A stretch of 64,000 bases of DNA from the NCBI GenBank assembly GCA_964588985.1, contig CAZPQW010000002.1, forward strand, positions 1-64,000, read 5' to 3'. Under the pieces are notes generated by a model that was given only the letters and a program-made list of their open reading frames with translations, did not search any database and was not told where the DNA came from. This stretch comes from an uncultured Solirubrobacteraceae bacterium. GTDB lineage: Bacteria; Actinomycetota; Thermoleophilia; Solirubrobacterales; Solirubrobacteraceae. The translations under genes and the position numbers were made by a program. This document shows, one piece after another, positions 8,622 through 17,573 of the stretch. Each line of letters begins with the position of its first letter. Within the stretch, counting starts at the first letter, position 1.

Positions 8622-9386
8622 ATGCAACGTCCCGTGATCGGCATATGCACCGCCCTGGAGCGCGCCCGCTGGAGCGTCTGGGACCAGCAGGCCGCGCTGC
8701 TGCCGCTCAGCTACCTCGAGGCCGTGCAGCGCGCTGGCGGCCTCGTCGTGCTGCTCCCGCCCGACGATCGGCTCGCGGAGGACCCCGACCAGGCATTGGA
8801 CCTGATCGACGGCCTGGTGCTCGCCGGCGGCGCCGACGTGGACGCTGCCTCCTACGACCAGACGCCCCACCCGGAGACGGTCGACACGGTGCCGCGGCGC
8901 GACGCGTTCGAGATCGCGCTGGTGCGCGGCGCGATCGAGCGGGAGCTGCCGGTGCTGGGCATCTGCCGCGGGATGCAGATCATCAACGTGGCGCTCGGCG
9001 GCACGCTCGTGCAGCACCTACCGGAGCTCGTCGGCCACGGCGAGCACCGGCGCGTGCTCGGCACGTTCGACGGCTCAGAGCACGATGTGAAGCTCGTCGA
9101 GGGATCGCTCGCGGCCGCCGCCGCCGGCGAGCTGACCCACACGACCAAGTCCCACCACCACCAGGGCGTGGACTGCCTCGGCGAGGGGCTGGTCGTGACC
9201 GGACGCTCCACGCTGGACGACTTCCCCGAGGCGATCGAGATGGATGGGAGCCCGCCCTCCGGGCCATCCGATCATCCCTTCGTGCTCGGCGTGCAGTGGC
9301 ACCCCGAGGCGGACGAGACGAGCCGCGTCGTCGGAGCGCTCGTGCAGGCCGCCGCGCGCACGGGAGTCGCATCCACGCGCGAGTAG
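8622..9386 (+). CDS. Gamma-glutamyl-gamma-aminobutyrate hydrolase family (peptidase C26)
   Basis: LAGGADVD, LGICRGMQ, SHHHQG, GVQWHPE. Confidence 0.92.
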   Translation: MQRPVIGICTALERARWSVWDQQAALLPLSYLEAVQRAGGLVVLLPPDDRLAEDPDQALDLIDGLVLAGGADVDAASYDQTPHPETVDTVPRRDAFEIALVRGAIERELPVLGICRGMQIINVALGGTLVQHLPELVGHGEHRRVLGTFDGSEHDVKLVEGSLAAAAAGELTHTTKSHHHQGVDCLGEGLVVTGRSTLDDFPEAIEMDGSPPSGPSDHPFVLGVQWHPEADETSRVVGALVQAAARTGVASTRE

Positions 9387-9409
9387 CGTCCTCATATACT
9401 CCCCGCGCA

Positions 9410-10363
9410 GTGCGGCTGCGCAAGGCGATCAGAGCAACCGCATGGGGGGTCGTCGCGGCTGGTGTTGCGGCCCCGCTGCTTCGAAAGCGCGTGAATGCTC
9501 CGCCGCTCGTGCTGCAGACGATCGCCTACGCCGCGCCCGTCGCGCTGTGTGTCGCGACGCCGCGTTCGCGCACCCGCGACGTCGCCACGTGCTCGCTGCA
9601 GATGTGGGCCTATCTGGCGGCGTACAAGTCGCCCCACGACGACCCCGACGCGCAGGAGCAGCGGGTTCGCGTGCGCTACCCGATCGTGATCGACCGGCTG
9701 TTGGGCTTGGGCGAGCTGCCGTCGGTGCGTCTGCAGCGCTCGCTCGGCCGCCGCGGCCCGGACGGCGTGCAGGACTGGCACGCGCTCGACCGCGTGCTCG
9801 TGTGGGCGCACTGGAGCTGGTTCTTCGTACCCCACGGAACGGTCGCGTACACGCTGATCCGCCACCCTGCGAACTTCAAGCGCGCGGCGGCGATGACGTA
9901 CGCGGTGTTCAACCTCGGTGCGAGCGTGTACTGGCTCGTGCCGACCGCGCCTCCGTGGTACGCGGCGTCGCTGGAGGCGAGCGAGGAGCACGAGCCGCCG
10001 GAGGTGCGACGGCTGATGGTGGAGTATGGGGAGTTCTTCTGGAGAGACGGCTGGGGCTCGCTCTACAGTGTGTTCGGAGGTAACCCCCTGGCTGCGATGC
10101 CCTCTCTGCACTTCGCCACATCCGCGATGGCCGCTCTCCTGCTCGCCGAGGTGGGGCCGCTCGCGGGTGCGCTCGGATTCGGCTATACGGCGACACTCGG
10201 TTTCGCGCTCGTGTATCTGGGGGAGCACTACGTGATCGATCTGATCGCCGGCGCCGCGCTGACGGCGGCGGTGCGTCGCCTGGGTCCACGTGCGGGACCG
10301 GCGCTGGGACAGATGGGGAGGGCCGTGGCGGCGCTGGAGGCGATGGCACACGAGACGAGCTGA
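9410..10363 (+). CDS. PAP2 family (IPC-synthase/Aur1-like) membrane phosphoesterase
   Basis: PTAPPWY, NPLAAMPSLH, VYLGEHYVIDLIAG; GTG start inferred within the 8645 ORF. Confidence 0.88.
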   Translation: MRLRKAIRATAWGVVAAGVAAPLLRKRVNAPPLVLQTIAYAAPVALCVATPRSRTRDVATCSLQMWAYLAAYKSPHDDPDAQEQRVRVRYPIVIDRLLGLGELPSVRLQRSLGRRGPDGVQDWHALDRVLVWAHWSWFFVPHGTVAYTLIRHPANFKRAAAMTYAVFNLGASVYWLVPTAPPWYAASLEASEEHEPPEVRRLMVEYGEFFWRDGWGSLYSVFGGNPLAAMPSLHFATSAMAALLLAEVGPLAGALGFGYTATLGFALVYLGEHYVIDLIAGAALTAAVRRLGPRAGPALGQMGRAVAALEAMAHETS

Positions 10364-10373
10364 GCGGGAGGAG

Positions 10374-11555
10374 GTGAGCACGAGCGAGATGGTGTGGGGC
10401 GAGGTAGCTGGGGGGAAGGGCGAGGGGCGCGATGACATTCCCGTGTCCGCGTCGAGCGCTGCAGAGGAGGAGATGCCGCGTGTGCTGCTCACGCGCCGGC
10501 AGATCGTCGCGTTCGGCTTGTTCATCCTCTCCGCGGTCGGCTTCATGTACTTCGTGCTGCCGAAGCTCGCGGGCATCGGCAAGACCGTGCACCGGCTCGA
10601 GGGCGGCAACACGTGGTGGATCGCCGTCGGCGTGGTGTTGGAGCTGCTGTCGTTCGCCGGCTACATGGCTCTGTTCCGGTCGGTGTTCGTCACCAAGACG
10701 CATCCGCCCGGGAGGATCGGCTGGCGGGCGAGCTACGAGATCACGATGGCCGGTGTGGTGGCGACGCGCCTCTTTGCGACAGCCGGCGCCGGTGGGATCG
10801 CGCTGACCGCGTGGGCGCTGCGTCGCTCCGGGATGGCGCCGCGACTCGTGGCGTGTCGCATGGTCGCATTCATGGTGCTGCTGTACGTGATCTTCGCCGG
10901 CTCGCTGCTGCTCGACGGCATCGGCCTTGGCACCGGGCTGTTCCCGGGGGGCGGCTCGTTCGCGATCACGATCGTCCCCGCGATCGTCGCCGCGATCCTG
11001 TTCGCCGTCGCGGGCGCGATGGCGCTGCTGCCGGGAGACCTCGAAGGGCGCCTCGGACGGTGGGGCGCCGGCTCTAGCCGCCCCGCGCGGTGGGTCGCGC
11101 GCGCGGTCGCGGCGCCGGCGCTCGTGGCGAGCGGCATCCGCACCGCGATCGACCTGATCCGCGAACGCGACCCGGGACTGCTGGGTGCGGTCGCATGGTG
11201 GGGCTTCGACATCGCGGTGCTGTGGGCGATGTTCCACGCGTTCGGCTCAGCCCCGCCGTTCACGGTCATCTGGATGGCGTACTTCGTGGGCATGCTCGGC
11301 AACCTGCTGCCGCTGCCGGGCGGCATCGGCGGGGTCGAGGGCGGCATGTTCGGGGCGTTCGCCGCGTTCGGAGTGGAACTCCAGGTGTCGCTCGCCGCGG
11401 TGCTTGCCTACCGCGCGATCTCCTTCTGGCTACCCACCTTCCCGGGCGCTGTCGCGTACTTCCAGCTGCGCCGCACGGTGGCGCGCTGGCGCGATGAGCA
11501 GGGCACACTTCCGGCGAGCGTGATCGAGCGCACAGGCGTGCTTCAGAGCTCCTGA
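10374..11555 (+). CDS. Lysylphosphatidylglycerol synthase TM / flippase-like protein
   Basis: LPLPGGIGGVEG, AAVLAYRAISFWLP, many TM helices; GGAGG RBS before the GTG. Confidence 0.85.
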   Translation: MSTSEMVWGEVAGGKGEGRDDIPVSASSAAEEEMPRVLLTRRQIVAFGLFILSAVGFMYFVLPKLAGIGKTVHRLEGGNTWWIAVGVVLELLSFAGYMALFRSVFVTKTHPPGRIGWRASYEITMAGVVATRLFATAGAGGIALTAWALRRSGMAPRLVACRMVAFMVLLYVIFAGSLLLDGIGLGTGLFPGGGSFAITIVPAIVAAILFAVAGAMALLPGDLEGRLGRWGAGSSRPARWVARAVAAPALVASGIRTAIDLIRERDPGLLGAVAWWGFDIAVLWAMFHAFGSAPPFTVIWMAYFVGMLGNLLPLPGGIGGVEGGMFGAFAAFGVELQVSLAAVLAYRAISFWLPTFPGAVAYFQLRRTVARWRDEQGTLPASVIERTGVLQSS

Positions 11556-11596
11556 GTGATACGCTATACAAAGTAAAGTGACTATGGAGACTTGAG

Positions 11597-12619
11597 ATGA
11601 GCGACATCGAGAACGTGATCATCGTCGGCAGCGGGCCGGCCGGCTACACCGCCGCGCTCTACACCGCGCGCGCGAACCTCAACCCGCTCGTGATCGAGGG
11701 CTTCGCGTGGGGCGGGCTGCTCCAGCAGACCACCGACGTGGAGAACTACCCGGGCTTCCCCGAGGGTGTGATGGGTCCCGAGATGATGCAGAAGTTCCGC
11801 GACCAGGCCGAGCGCTTCGGCGCGCGCCTGCTCACCGACCAGGCCGACCGCGTGGAGCTCTCGAACGAGCCGGGCGGCGTGCACAGCGTGTGGGTGGGAG
11901 ACACCGAGCACCGCGCGCGCACCGTCGTCTTGGCGATGGGCGCGGAGCACAAGAAGCTCGGCGTGAGCGGCGAGGAGGAGCTCTCCGGCCGCGGCGTGAG
12001 CTACTGCGCGACGTGTGACGCGGCGTTCTTCCGCGGTGCTCCGACGATCATCGTCGGTGGCGGGGACTCCGCGATGGAGGAGGCGATCTTCCTCTCCAAG
12101 TTCTCGTCGAAGGTGATCGTCGTGCACCGTCGCGACGAGTTCCGTGCCTCGAAGATCATGCTCGAGCGGGCGCGTGCGCAGGAGAACATCGAGTTCCTCA
12201 CCCCCTACCGCGTGGACGAGTTCGTCGCGGGCGACGCCGGCACGCTCGGCCACGCGAGGCTCGTCAACACCGAGACAGGCGAGGAGCGCGAGGTTCCCGT
12301 GTCGGGCACGTTCATCGCCGTCGGGCACGAGCCGCAGTCGGCGCTCGTGCGCGGGCAGATCGACGTTGACGAGAACGGCTACGTGTCCACGAAGGGCAAG
12401 TCCACGCTCACCAACCGCCCCGGCGTGTTCGCCGCCGGCGACCTCGTCGACCACACCTACCGCCAGGCGATCACCGCCGCCGCCTCCGGATGCCAGGCAG
12501 CGCTCGACGCCGAGTGGTACCTGCGCGACACGCCCGGCGTGCCGGTGCCGGCCGGGATGTCAAAGGGCGATCCGGCCGAAGCGCAGTGGGCTGAGCCGGT
12601 GGCCGACGCTACGGCGTAG
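11597..12619 (+). CDS. trxB: Thioredoxin reductase
   Basis: GSGPAGYTAALY, GVSYCATCD, GGGDSAMEEA, HRRDEFRAS, YRQAITAA. Confidence 0.97.
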   Translation: MSDIENVIIVGSGPAGYTAALYTARANLNPLVIEGFAWGGLLQQTTDVENYPGFPEGVMGPEMMQKFRDQAERFGARLLTDQADRVELSNEPGGVHSVWVGDTEHRARTVVLAMGAEHKKLGVSGEEELSGRGVSYCATCDAAFFRGAPTIIVGGGDSAMEEAIFLSKFSSKVIVVHRRDEFRASKIMLERARAQENIEFLTPYRVDEFVAGDAGTLGHARLVNTETGEEREVPVSGTFIAVGHEPQSALVRGQIDVDENGYVSTKGKSTLTNRPGVFAAGDLVDHTYRQAITAAASGCQAALDAEWYLRDTPGVPVPAGMSKGDPAEAQWAEPVADATA

Positions 12620-12624
12620 CGGCC

Positions 12625-13074
12625 TTACGCCGCGCTGCTGTAAGTGATCGTCTCCTGCATCTGGATGCCGAGGGCGTCGATGATGCTCTGCAGTCGATCT
12701 AGGTTCACGCCCGAGTAATGGTTGGCCTCCCAGCGCTGGATCTGCTGCTCGGCGACGCCGATGCGTGCGGCGAGTTGGCGTTGGGTTAGTTTCCCGGCGA
12801 TGCGCGCTTCTACCAGCGTGGTGGGCAGGTCGTGCAAGGAGGTGATCTCGCGGCTGGTGATGTGTCCATCGCGTAGCTTCTCGTAATGGTCGATCTGCTC
12901 GCGCAACGTTTCGATCCAGCTGGCGATCGCGTCGTGCATAAGCTGGGGCATACCTGGGTCGATGTTGGGGGGTAGATCACGTGGGTCCCGCGCGTCGTGG
13001 GCGATTAGGCTCTCTTCGAAGCGGGCGAGATCGGCCTTGGTGCTCCGGTACTGGCGCTGGTTTTGGAGGATCAT
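12625..13074 (-). CDS. XRE-type HTH protein with N-terminal helical region (putative antitoxin/regulator)
   Basis: MILQNQRQY...LVEARIAGKLTQRQLAARIGVAEQQIQRWEAN; ATGA-coupled to the upstream gene. Confidence 0.85.
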   Translation of the reverse strand: MILQNQRQYRSTKADLARFEESLIAHDARDPRDLPPNIDPGMPQLMHDAIASWIETLREQIDHYEKLRDGHITSREITSLHDLPTTLVEARIAGKLTQRQLAARIGVAEQQIQRWEANHYSGVNLDRLQSIIDALGIQMQETITYSSAA

Positions 13075-13511
13075 GGGAGTCCCGTCAGGTCGATGGCGAT
13101 CATGCCCTTGGGTTGCTTCGTGATGGCGTCGCGTTGGAAGTAGTCTCGAAAACGCATGCCGCCGGGCTCGGCCACCCAGTCGGCGGGATAGAACTCGCCG
13201 CCGTAGCGTGCCTTCTGTGCAGCGCATTTGTGGCTGAAGTCCTGTAGCTCGGGGTCCAAGCGGTCGAGAGCTACTCCGGCGGGCTCCCAGCAGGCGTCGA
13301 AGTCGCCGGGGTGCTCCTCGACGGTGATGAAGCTGCCGTCGAGATACGCGGTGTCACAGCCTGCGGACTTCAGCGAGTGCAGTGCGTCCAGCAACCCGTC
13401 GAGCAGATCTCGGCGATGCGTGCTTGTCGCGTAGCGAGTCACGATCTCGGTCCAGGTCGCGTTGTGGATGCCGGGCGGGAGGATCCCGCGTGCATCGAAT
13501 TCCGGAATCAT
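13071..13511 (-). CDS. DUF6932-like protein with pol-beta-type nucleotidyltransferase motif
   Basis: GILPPGIH...YLDGSFIT..EHPGDFDACW...KGMIAIDL. Confidence 0.75.
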   Translation of the reverse strand: MIPEFDARGILPPGIHNATWTEIVTRYATSTHRRDLLDGLLDALHSLKSAGCDTAYLDGSFITVEEHPGDFDACWEPAGVALDRLDPELQDFSHKCAAQKARYGGEFYPADWVAEPGGMRFRDYFQRDAITKQPKGMIAIDLTGLP

Positions 13512-13583
13512 AACACAACGATATGATTGGGTTGAGACGATACTCTCGGGCGGGGGTCCCTTGACCTCCTATGTGGGTGACGC

Positions 13584-14171
13584 TCAGCGGCTGGAGTCGA
13601 GACGCGGCGTCAACGCCCCCTCCAGCTCCAGCAGCCACCGCTTGCGGTCCAGCCCGCCGCCGTACCCGCCGAGGTTGCCCCCTGTACGCAGCACGCGGTG
13701 GCAGGGGATCACGATCGGGATCGGGTTGGAGCCGAGCGCGTTGCCCGCCGCGCGCGAGCCGCGCGGGCTGCCGGCTTCGGCGGCGACCTCGGAGTAGCTG
13801 AGCACTCCGCCGTAGGGGATCTCTGAGGTCACCTGCAGCACGCGCTGTCCGAACGGGCCGATCAGCGACCAGTCCAGGTCCATGTCGAACTCGCGCCGGC
13901 GCCCGGAGAAGTACTCGTCCAGCTCGCGCAGCACCGGCTGCGGCGCGGAGGGCGCCTCGACGATGCATGGCGAGAGTCGCGTGGCGAGGCGTTCGAGGAC
14001 CGCGTCCACGTTCTCCTCGGGGAACGCCAGGCGCACGAGCCCACGCTCGGTGCTCGCCGCCAACAGACTTCCAAACGGCGAGTCCACCGCCGCATAGCTC
14101 ACGTCCACGAGACCCTCCTCAATTGCTCGTTGTGCCACGCGAAGCGCGGCCTGTTCTGCGGCGCGGCTCAT
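13584..14171 (-). CDS. ogt: Methylated-DNA--protein-cysteine methyltransferase
   Basis: IPYGGVLSY, RAAGNALGSNPIPIVIPCHRV, GYGGGLDRKRWLLELE; start MSRAAEQ. Confidence 0.95.
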   Translation of the reverse strand: MSRAAEQAALRVAQRAIEEGLVDVSYAAVDSPFGSLLAASTERGLVRLAFPEENVDAVLERLATRLSPCIVEAPSAPQPVLRELDEYFSGRRREFDMDLDWSLIGPFGQRVLQVTSEIPYGGVLSYSEVAAEAGSPRGSRAAGNALGSNPIPIVIPCHRVLRTGGNLGGYGGGLDRKRWLLELEGALTPRLDSSR

Positions 14172-14644
14172 GCCGTCACAGCCTTTCTCAGCTTCGCCAG
14201 ACCCTCGTGCAGCGAGCGGCGCGCCGCATCCTCCGAGCAGCCGATCGCGGCGGCGATCTCCCGGTGGGGGAGATCGGCCATGAAGCGCAGCGTCACAGCC
14301 GAGCGCTGGCGCTCGGGCAGCTCCCCGACCGCGTCCCATAGCTCGCCGTCGTGCTCGGGCATAGCCGTGGCCGCTTCCTGCACGGCCGCCGGCTCGGCCA
14401 CCGGCAGCGCCCTGCGTGCCCGACCACGGTGCGCGTCGAGTGCCTTGCGGTGCGCGATCGTGAGCACCCACGCGCGCAGGTTGGAGTCCGCGCGCAGGCG
14501 CGGATAGGCGCGTAGTGCGGAGATGAACGTCTCCTGGAAGCAGTCGTCTGCCTCCGAGCGTCCCACCGACGCCACCAGGAAGCGCCACACCACCTCGCGC
14601 TCGGCGTCGAGGAAGCGCTGGAAGGGGGGAAGCGTTGCGCTCAC
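14168..14644 (-). CDS. ECF RNA polymerase sigma factor
   Basis: ADDCFQETFISALRA, WVLTIAHRKALD, LPERQRSAVTLRF..HREIAAAIG. Confidence 0.9.
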   Translation of the reverse strand: MSATLPPFQRFLDAEREVVWRFLVASVGRSEADDCFQETFISALRAYPRLRADSNLRAWVLTIAHRKALDAHRGRARRALPVAEPAAVQEAATAMPEHDGELWDAVGELPERQRSAVTLRFMADLPHREIAAAIGCSEDAARRSLHEGLAKLRKAVTA

Positions 14645-14684
14645 GAGGGTCTAACGCGCTCCGCGCCCGAAACGTGAGATCGGC

Positions 14685-16388
14685 TCAGCTCTCGTACTCG
14701 AAGAAGCCCGCGCCCTCTGCGCGGCCAAGGCGGCCTGCGGCGATCAGCTTGCGAAGCGCGGGCGCCACCCGGTAGCGCTCCTCGCGGTACTCCTGCCACA
14801 GCGCTTCCAGCACCGGGAGCACATGATCCAAGCCGATCGTGTCCGCCCACTCGAACGGGCCGTGCGGGTGGCTCAGCCCGAGCACCATCCCCAGGTCGAT
14901 GTCGCGCGCCTCGCCCACGCCCTCGCCGAGCGCAAACGACGCCTCGTTGATCAGCTGGCACACGATCCGTCCCAGCACCAGCCCCGGCGCGTCGCCCACC
15001 CACGCCACGTGCTTGCCCAGCGCCGCGAAGAAGCGCTCCGAGCGCTCGGCCGCGACAGGGGAGGAGCTCTCGTTGCGCGTCAGCTCCACCAGCCTCGCCT
15101 CGCTCAGCGGCGGCAGCGCGTGGAACCCCACCGCGCTGCCTCCGGGGTCGAGCGAGCTCAGCGAGCCCCTCGCGCACAGCAGCAGGCGCGCTCCTCCGGG
15201 CTTCGTCTTGTGCGTGCCGCGGCGATCGGGCCTGCCGCTCACCGTGGGCTGCTGCTCGCCATCCCGGCGCGCAGGGTGGGCGTCGCACTCGATCGCAAGC
15301 GACGGCAGCGTCCCCGCGCTGGGCTCGTGCGGCCCGCGCACCTCATAGCCGGCTCGGGCGGCCGCGTCGCGCAGTTCGTCCGCCAACACGCCGTCCCCGG
15401 AGATCACCACCACGCCCTCACCTGCGATCGAGCCCTCCTCGATCGGCGCGGGGTCCTCGGGGCGGTAGGAGGTGCCGCCGGTTCTCTGCCCGTCGGGGTA
15501 GGCGTAGTAGCCGCGGCCGCTCTTGCGTCCGTGCAGGCCCGCCGCGACGTAGCGCGCCGCGATCATCGACGGGCGCCAGCGCGGCTCGCCGAAGCTCTGC
15601 TCGAAGAAGCTCTTGGAGATCTCGAAGCCCGTGTCCACGCCCACGAGGTCCATCAGCTCGAACGGGCCCATGCGAAAGCCGCCGTGCATGCGGCAGATGC
15701 GGTCGATCGTCTCGACGTCCGCGATCCGCTCCTGCAGCAGGCGCAGCGCCTCCAGGCCGAACGGCCGGTTGCAGCGGTTCACCAGGAACCCCGGCCCGTC
15801 GAGCGCGCGGATCACCGTCTTGCCCATAGCCTCGCCCGTCGCGTGCGCGATCGCCAGGGCCCGCTCGCCCGACTGCTCGCCCGCCACCACCTCCAGCAGG
15901 CGCATCACCGGCGCGGGGTTGAAGAAGTGCATGCCCACCACCCGCTCCGGGTCGCTCGCCGCGGCCGCGATCGCGGTCACCAGCAGCGAGGAGGTGTTGC
16001 TCGCGAGCACGCACTCCGCGCTCACGACCTGCGACAGGCGCGCGTAGATGTCGTGCTTGAGGTCGATCCGCTCGGGCACCGCCTCGATCACCAGCTCACA
16101 CGGGGCGAACGCGTCCAGCGAGTCCACCGTCTGCAGCCGCTCCGCGCTCGCGGCCGCCTCCTCGGTGCTCAGCTTCCCGCGCGCCGCTTCTTTCTCCAGG
16201 CCGTCGCGCGCCCGCGCGAGACCGCGATCGAGCGCATCGGGGATCGGGTCGTGCAGCAGCGTCTTCGCGCCCGAGCGCGCCGCCAGTTGTGCGATGCCGG
16301 AGCCCATCGTGCCGGCTCCCAGCACGCCGATCACAGACGCCGCGCTACCCGAGCGGCCGGCCGTGCCGGCCTTGTCGATATCCGTCAC
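14685..16388 (-). CDS. 3-hydroxyacyl-CoA dehydrogenase (PaaH-like, duplicated C-domain)
   Basis: GAGTMGSGIA, EAVPE, SNTSS, GMHFFNPAP, MGPFELMD, and a second HGPFEWAD. Confidence 0.93.
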   Translation of the reverse strand: MTDIDKAGTAGRSGSAASVIGVLGAGTMGSGIAQLAARSGAKTLLHDPIPDALDRGLARARDGLEKEAARGKLSTEEAAASAERLQTVDSLDAFAPCELVIEAVPERIDLKHDIYARLSQVVSAECVLASNTSSLLVTAIAAAASDPERVVGMHFFNPAPVMRLLEVVAGEQSGERALAIAHATGEAMGKTVIRALDGPGFLVNRCNRPFGLEALRLLQERIADVETIDRICRMHGGFRMGPFELMDLVGVDTGFEISKSFFEQSFGEPRWRPSMIAARYVAAGLHGRKSGRGYYAYPDGQRTGGTSYRPEDPAPIEEGSIAGEGVVVISGDGVLADELRDAAARAGYEVRGPHEPSAGTLPSLAIECDAHPARRDGEQQPTVSGRPDRRGTHKTKPGGARLLLCARGSLSSLDPGGSAVGFHALPPLSEARLVELTRNESSSPVAAERSERFFAALGKHVAWVGDAPGLVLGRIVCQLINEASFALGEGVGEARDIDLGMVLGLSHPHGPFEWADTIGLDHVLPVLEALWQEYREERYRVAPALRKLIAAGRLGRAEGAGFFEYES

Positions 16389-17542
16389 GGCACCAGCGCG
16401 TTGATGCCCGTCATCGCCCGTCCGATGATCAGCTTCTGGATCTGGGAGGTGCCCTCATACAGGGTCGTCACGCGCACGTCGCGGAAGTAGCGCTCGACTG
16501 GGTGGTCGTCCACGTAGCCCGCGCCGCCGTGCACCTGGATCGCCGTGTTCGCGCACTCCACCGCCGCCTCCGTTGCGTGGAGCTTCGCCACCGAGGTCTC
16601 CAGCGTGTTCGGACGGCCCAGGTCCTTCAGCCAGCCCGCGCGCCACACGAGCATCCGCGACGCGTCGGTCTTCAGCACCATGTCCGCGATCATCCCCTGC
16701 ACCAGCTGGAAGCTCGCGATCGGCTTGCCGAACTGTTCGCGCTCCTTCGCGTACTTCACCGACTCCTCCACGCAGCCCTGGCACACGCCAACGCAGCCCG
16801 CCGCCACCGAGTAGCGCCCGGAGTCCAGCGATGACATCGCCACCTTGAAGCCGTCGCCGATCGTGCCGAGCAGCTGATCGTCTGAGACCTCCACGTCTTC
16901 GAGCGCGATCGACGCCGTGTCGGAGGCGTGCAGGCCCATCTTGTGCTCGATCGGGGAAGGTTTGAAGCCGGGCTGATCGGTGTCCACGAGGAAACAGCCA
17001 AGGCCCTTGTAGCCGAGCTCGGGGTCGGTCTGGGCGAAGATCAGCGCCACCTTCGCGTAGTTCGCCATCGAGATCCACATCTTCGCGCCGTTGATCACCC
17101 AGCCGGTGTCGGTCTTCTTCGCGCGCGTCTTCTGGTTCGCCGCGTCGGAGCCCGTGTCCGGCTCTGTGAGGCCGAAGCAGCCGAGCCACTCGCCCGATGT
17201 GAGCTTCGGCAGGTACTTCATCTTCTGCTCCTCCGTGCCCCACTTGAGGATCGCCGAGCACACCAGCGAGGTCTGCACCGAAACGACCGTGCGCACCGAT
17301 GAGCAGCCGCGGCCGATCTCCTCGACCACGAGGCCGTAGCTCATGTAGTCCAGGCCCGCGCCGCCGTACTCCTGCGGCACGATCGCGCCGAGGTAGCCCT
17401 GGTCGGCGAGCTTCTTCACGATCTCCAGGTCGAAGTGGTGGTTGCGCGCGTTTTCGCGCGACTGCACCACGATCTCTTTGTCGGTGAACTCGCGCACCGT
17501 CTGCTTGATCAGGCGCTGCTCGTCGGTCAGTTCGAAGTCCAT
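16385..17542 (-). CDS. Acyl-CoA dehydrogenase
   Basis: FGLTEPDTGSD, NGAKMWIS, REQFGKPI, IQVHGGAGY, LYEGTSQIQ. Confidence 0.95.
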   Translation of the reverse strand: MDFELTDEQRLIKQTVREFTDKEIVVQSRENARNHHFDLEIVKKLADQGYLGAIVPQEYGGAGLDYMSYGLVVEEIGRGCSSVRTVVSVQTSLVCSAILKWGTEEQKMKYLPKLTSGEWLGCFGLTEPDTGSDAANQKTRAKKTDTGWVINGAKMWISMANYAKVALIFAQTDPELGYKGLGCFLVDTDQPGFKPSPIEHKMGLHASDTASIALEDVEVSDDQLLGTIGDGFKVAMSSLDSGRYSVAAGCVGVCQGCVEESVKYAKEREQFGKPIASFQLVQGMIADMVLKTDASRMLVWRAGWLKDLGRPNTLETSVAKLHATEAAVECANTAIQVHGGAGYVDDHPVERYFRDVRVTTLYEGTSQIQKLIIGRAMTGINALVP

Positions 17543-17573
17543 GCGGTCTCTCCAGCCACTCGGATGTTGTCAG

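Noticed and set aside
8645-10363. 572-aa ORF as a PuuD-PAP2 fusion (likewise 56902..59271, 41527..44277 and 61525..63174 as long fusions)
   Set aside because: The extensions are low-complexity alternative-frame sequence; recognisable domains begin at later starts.
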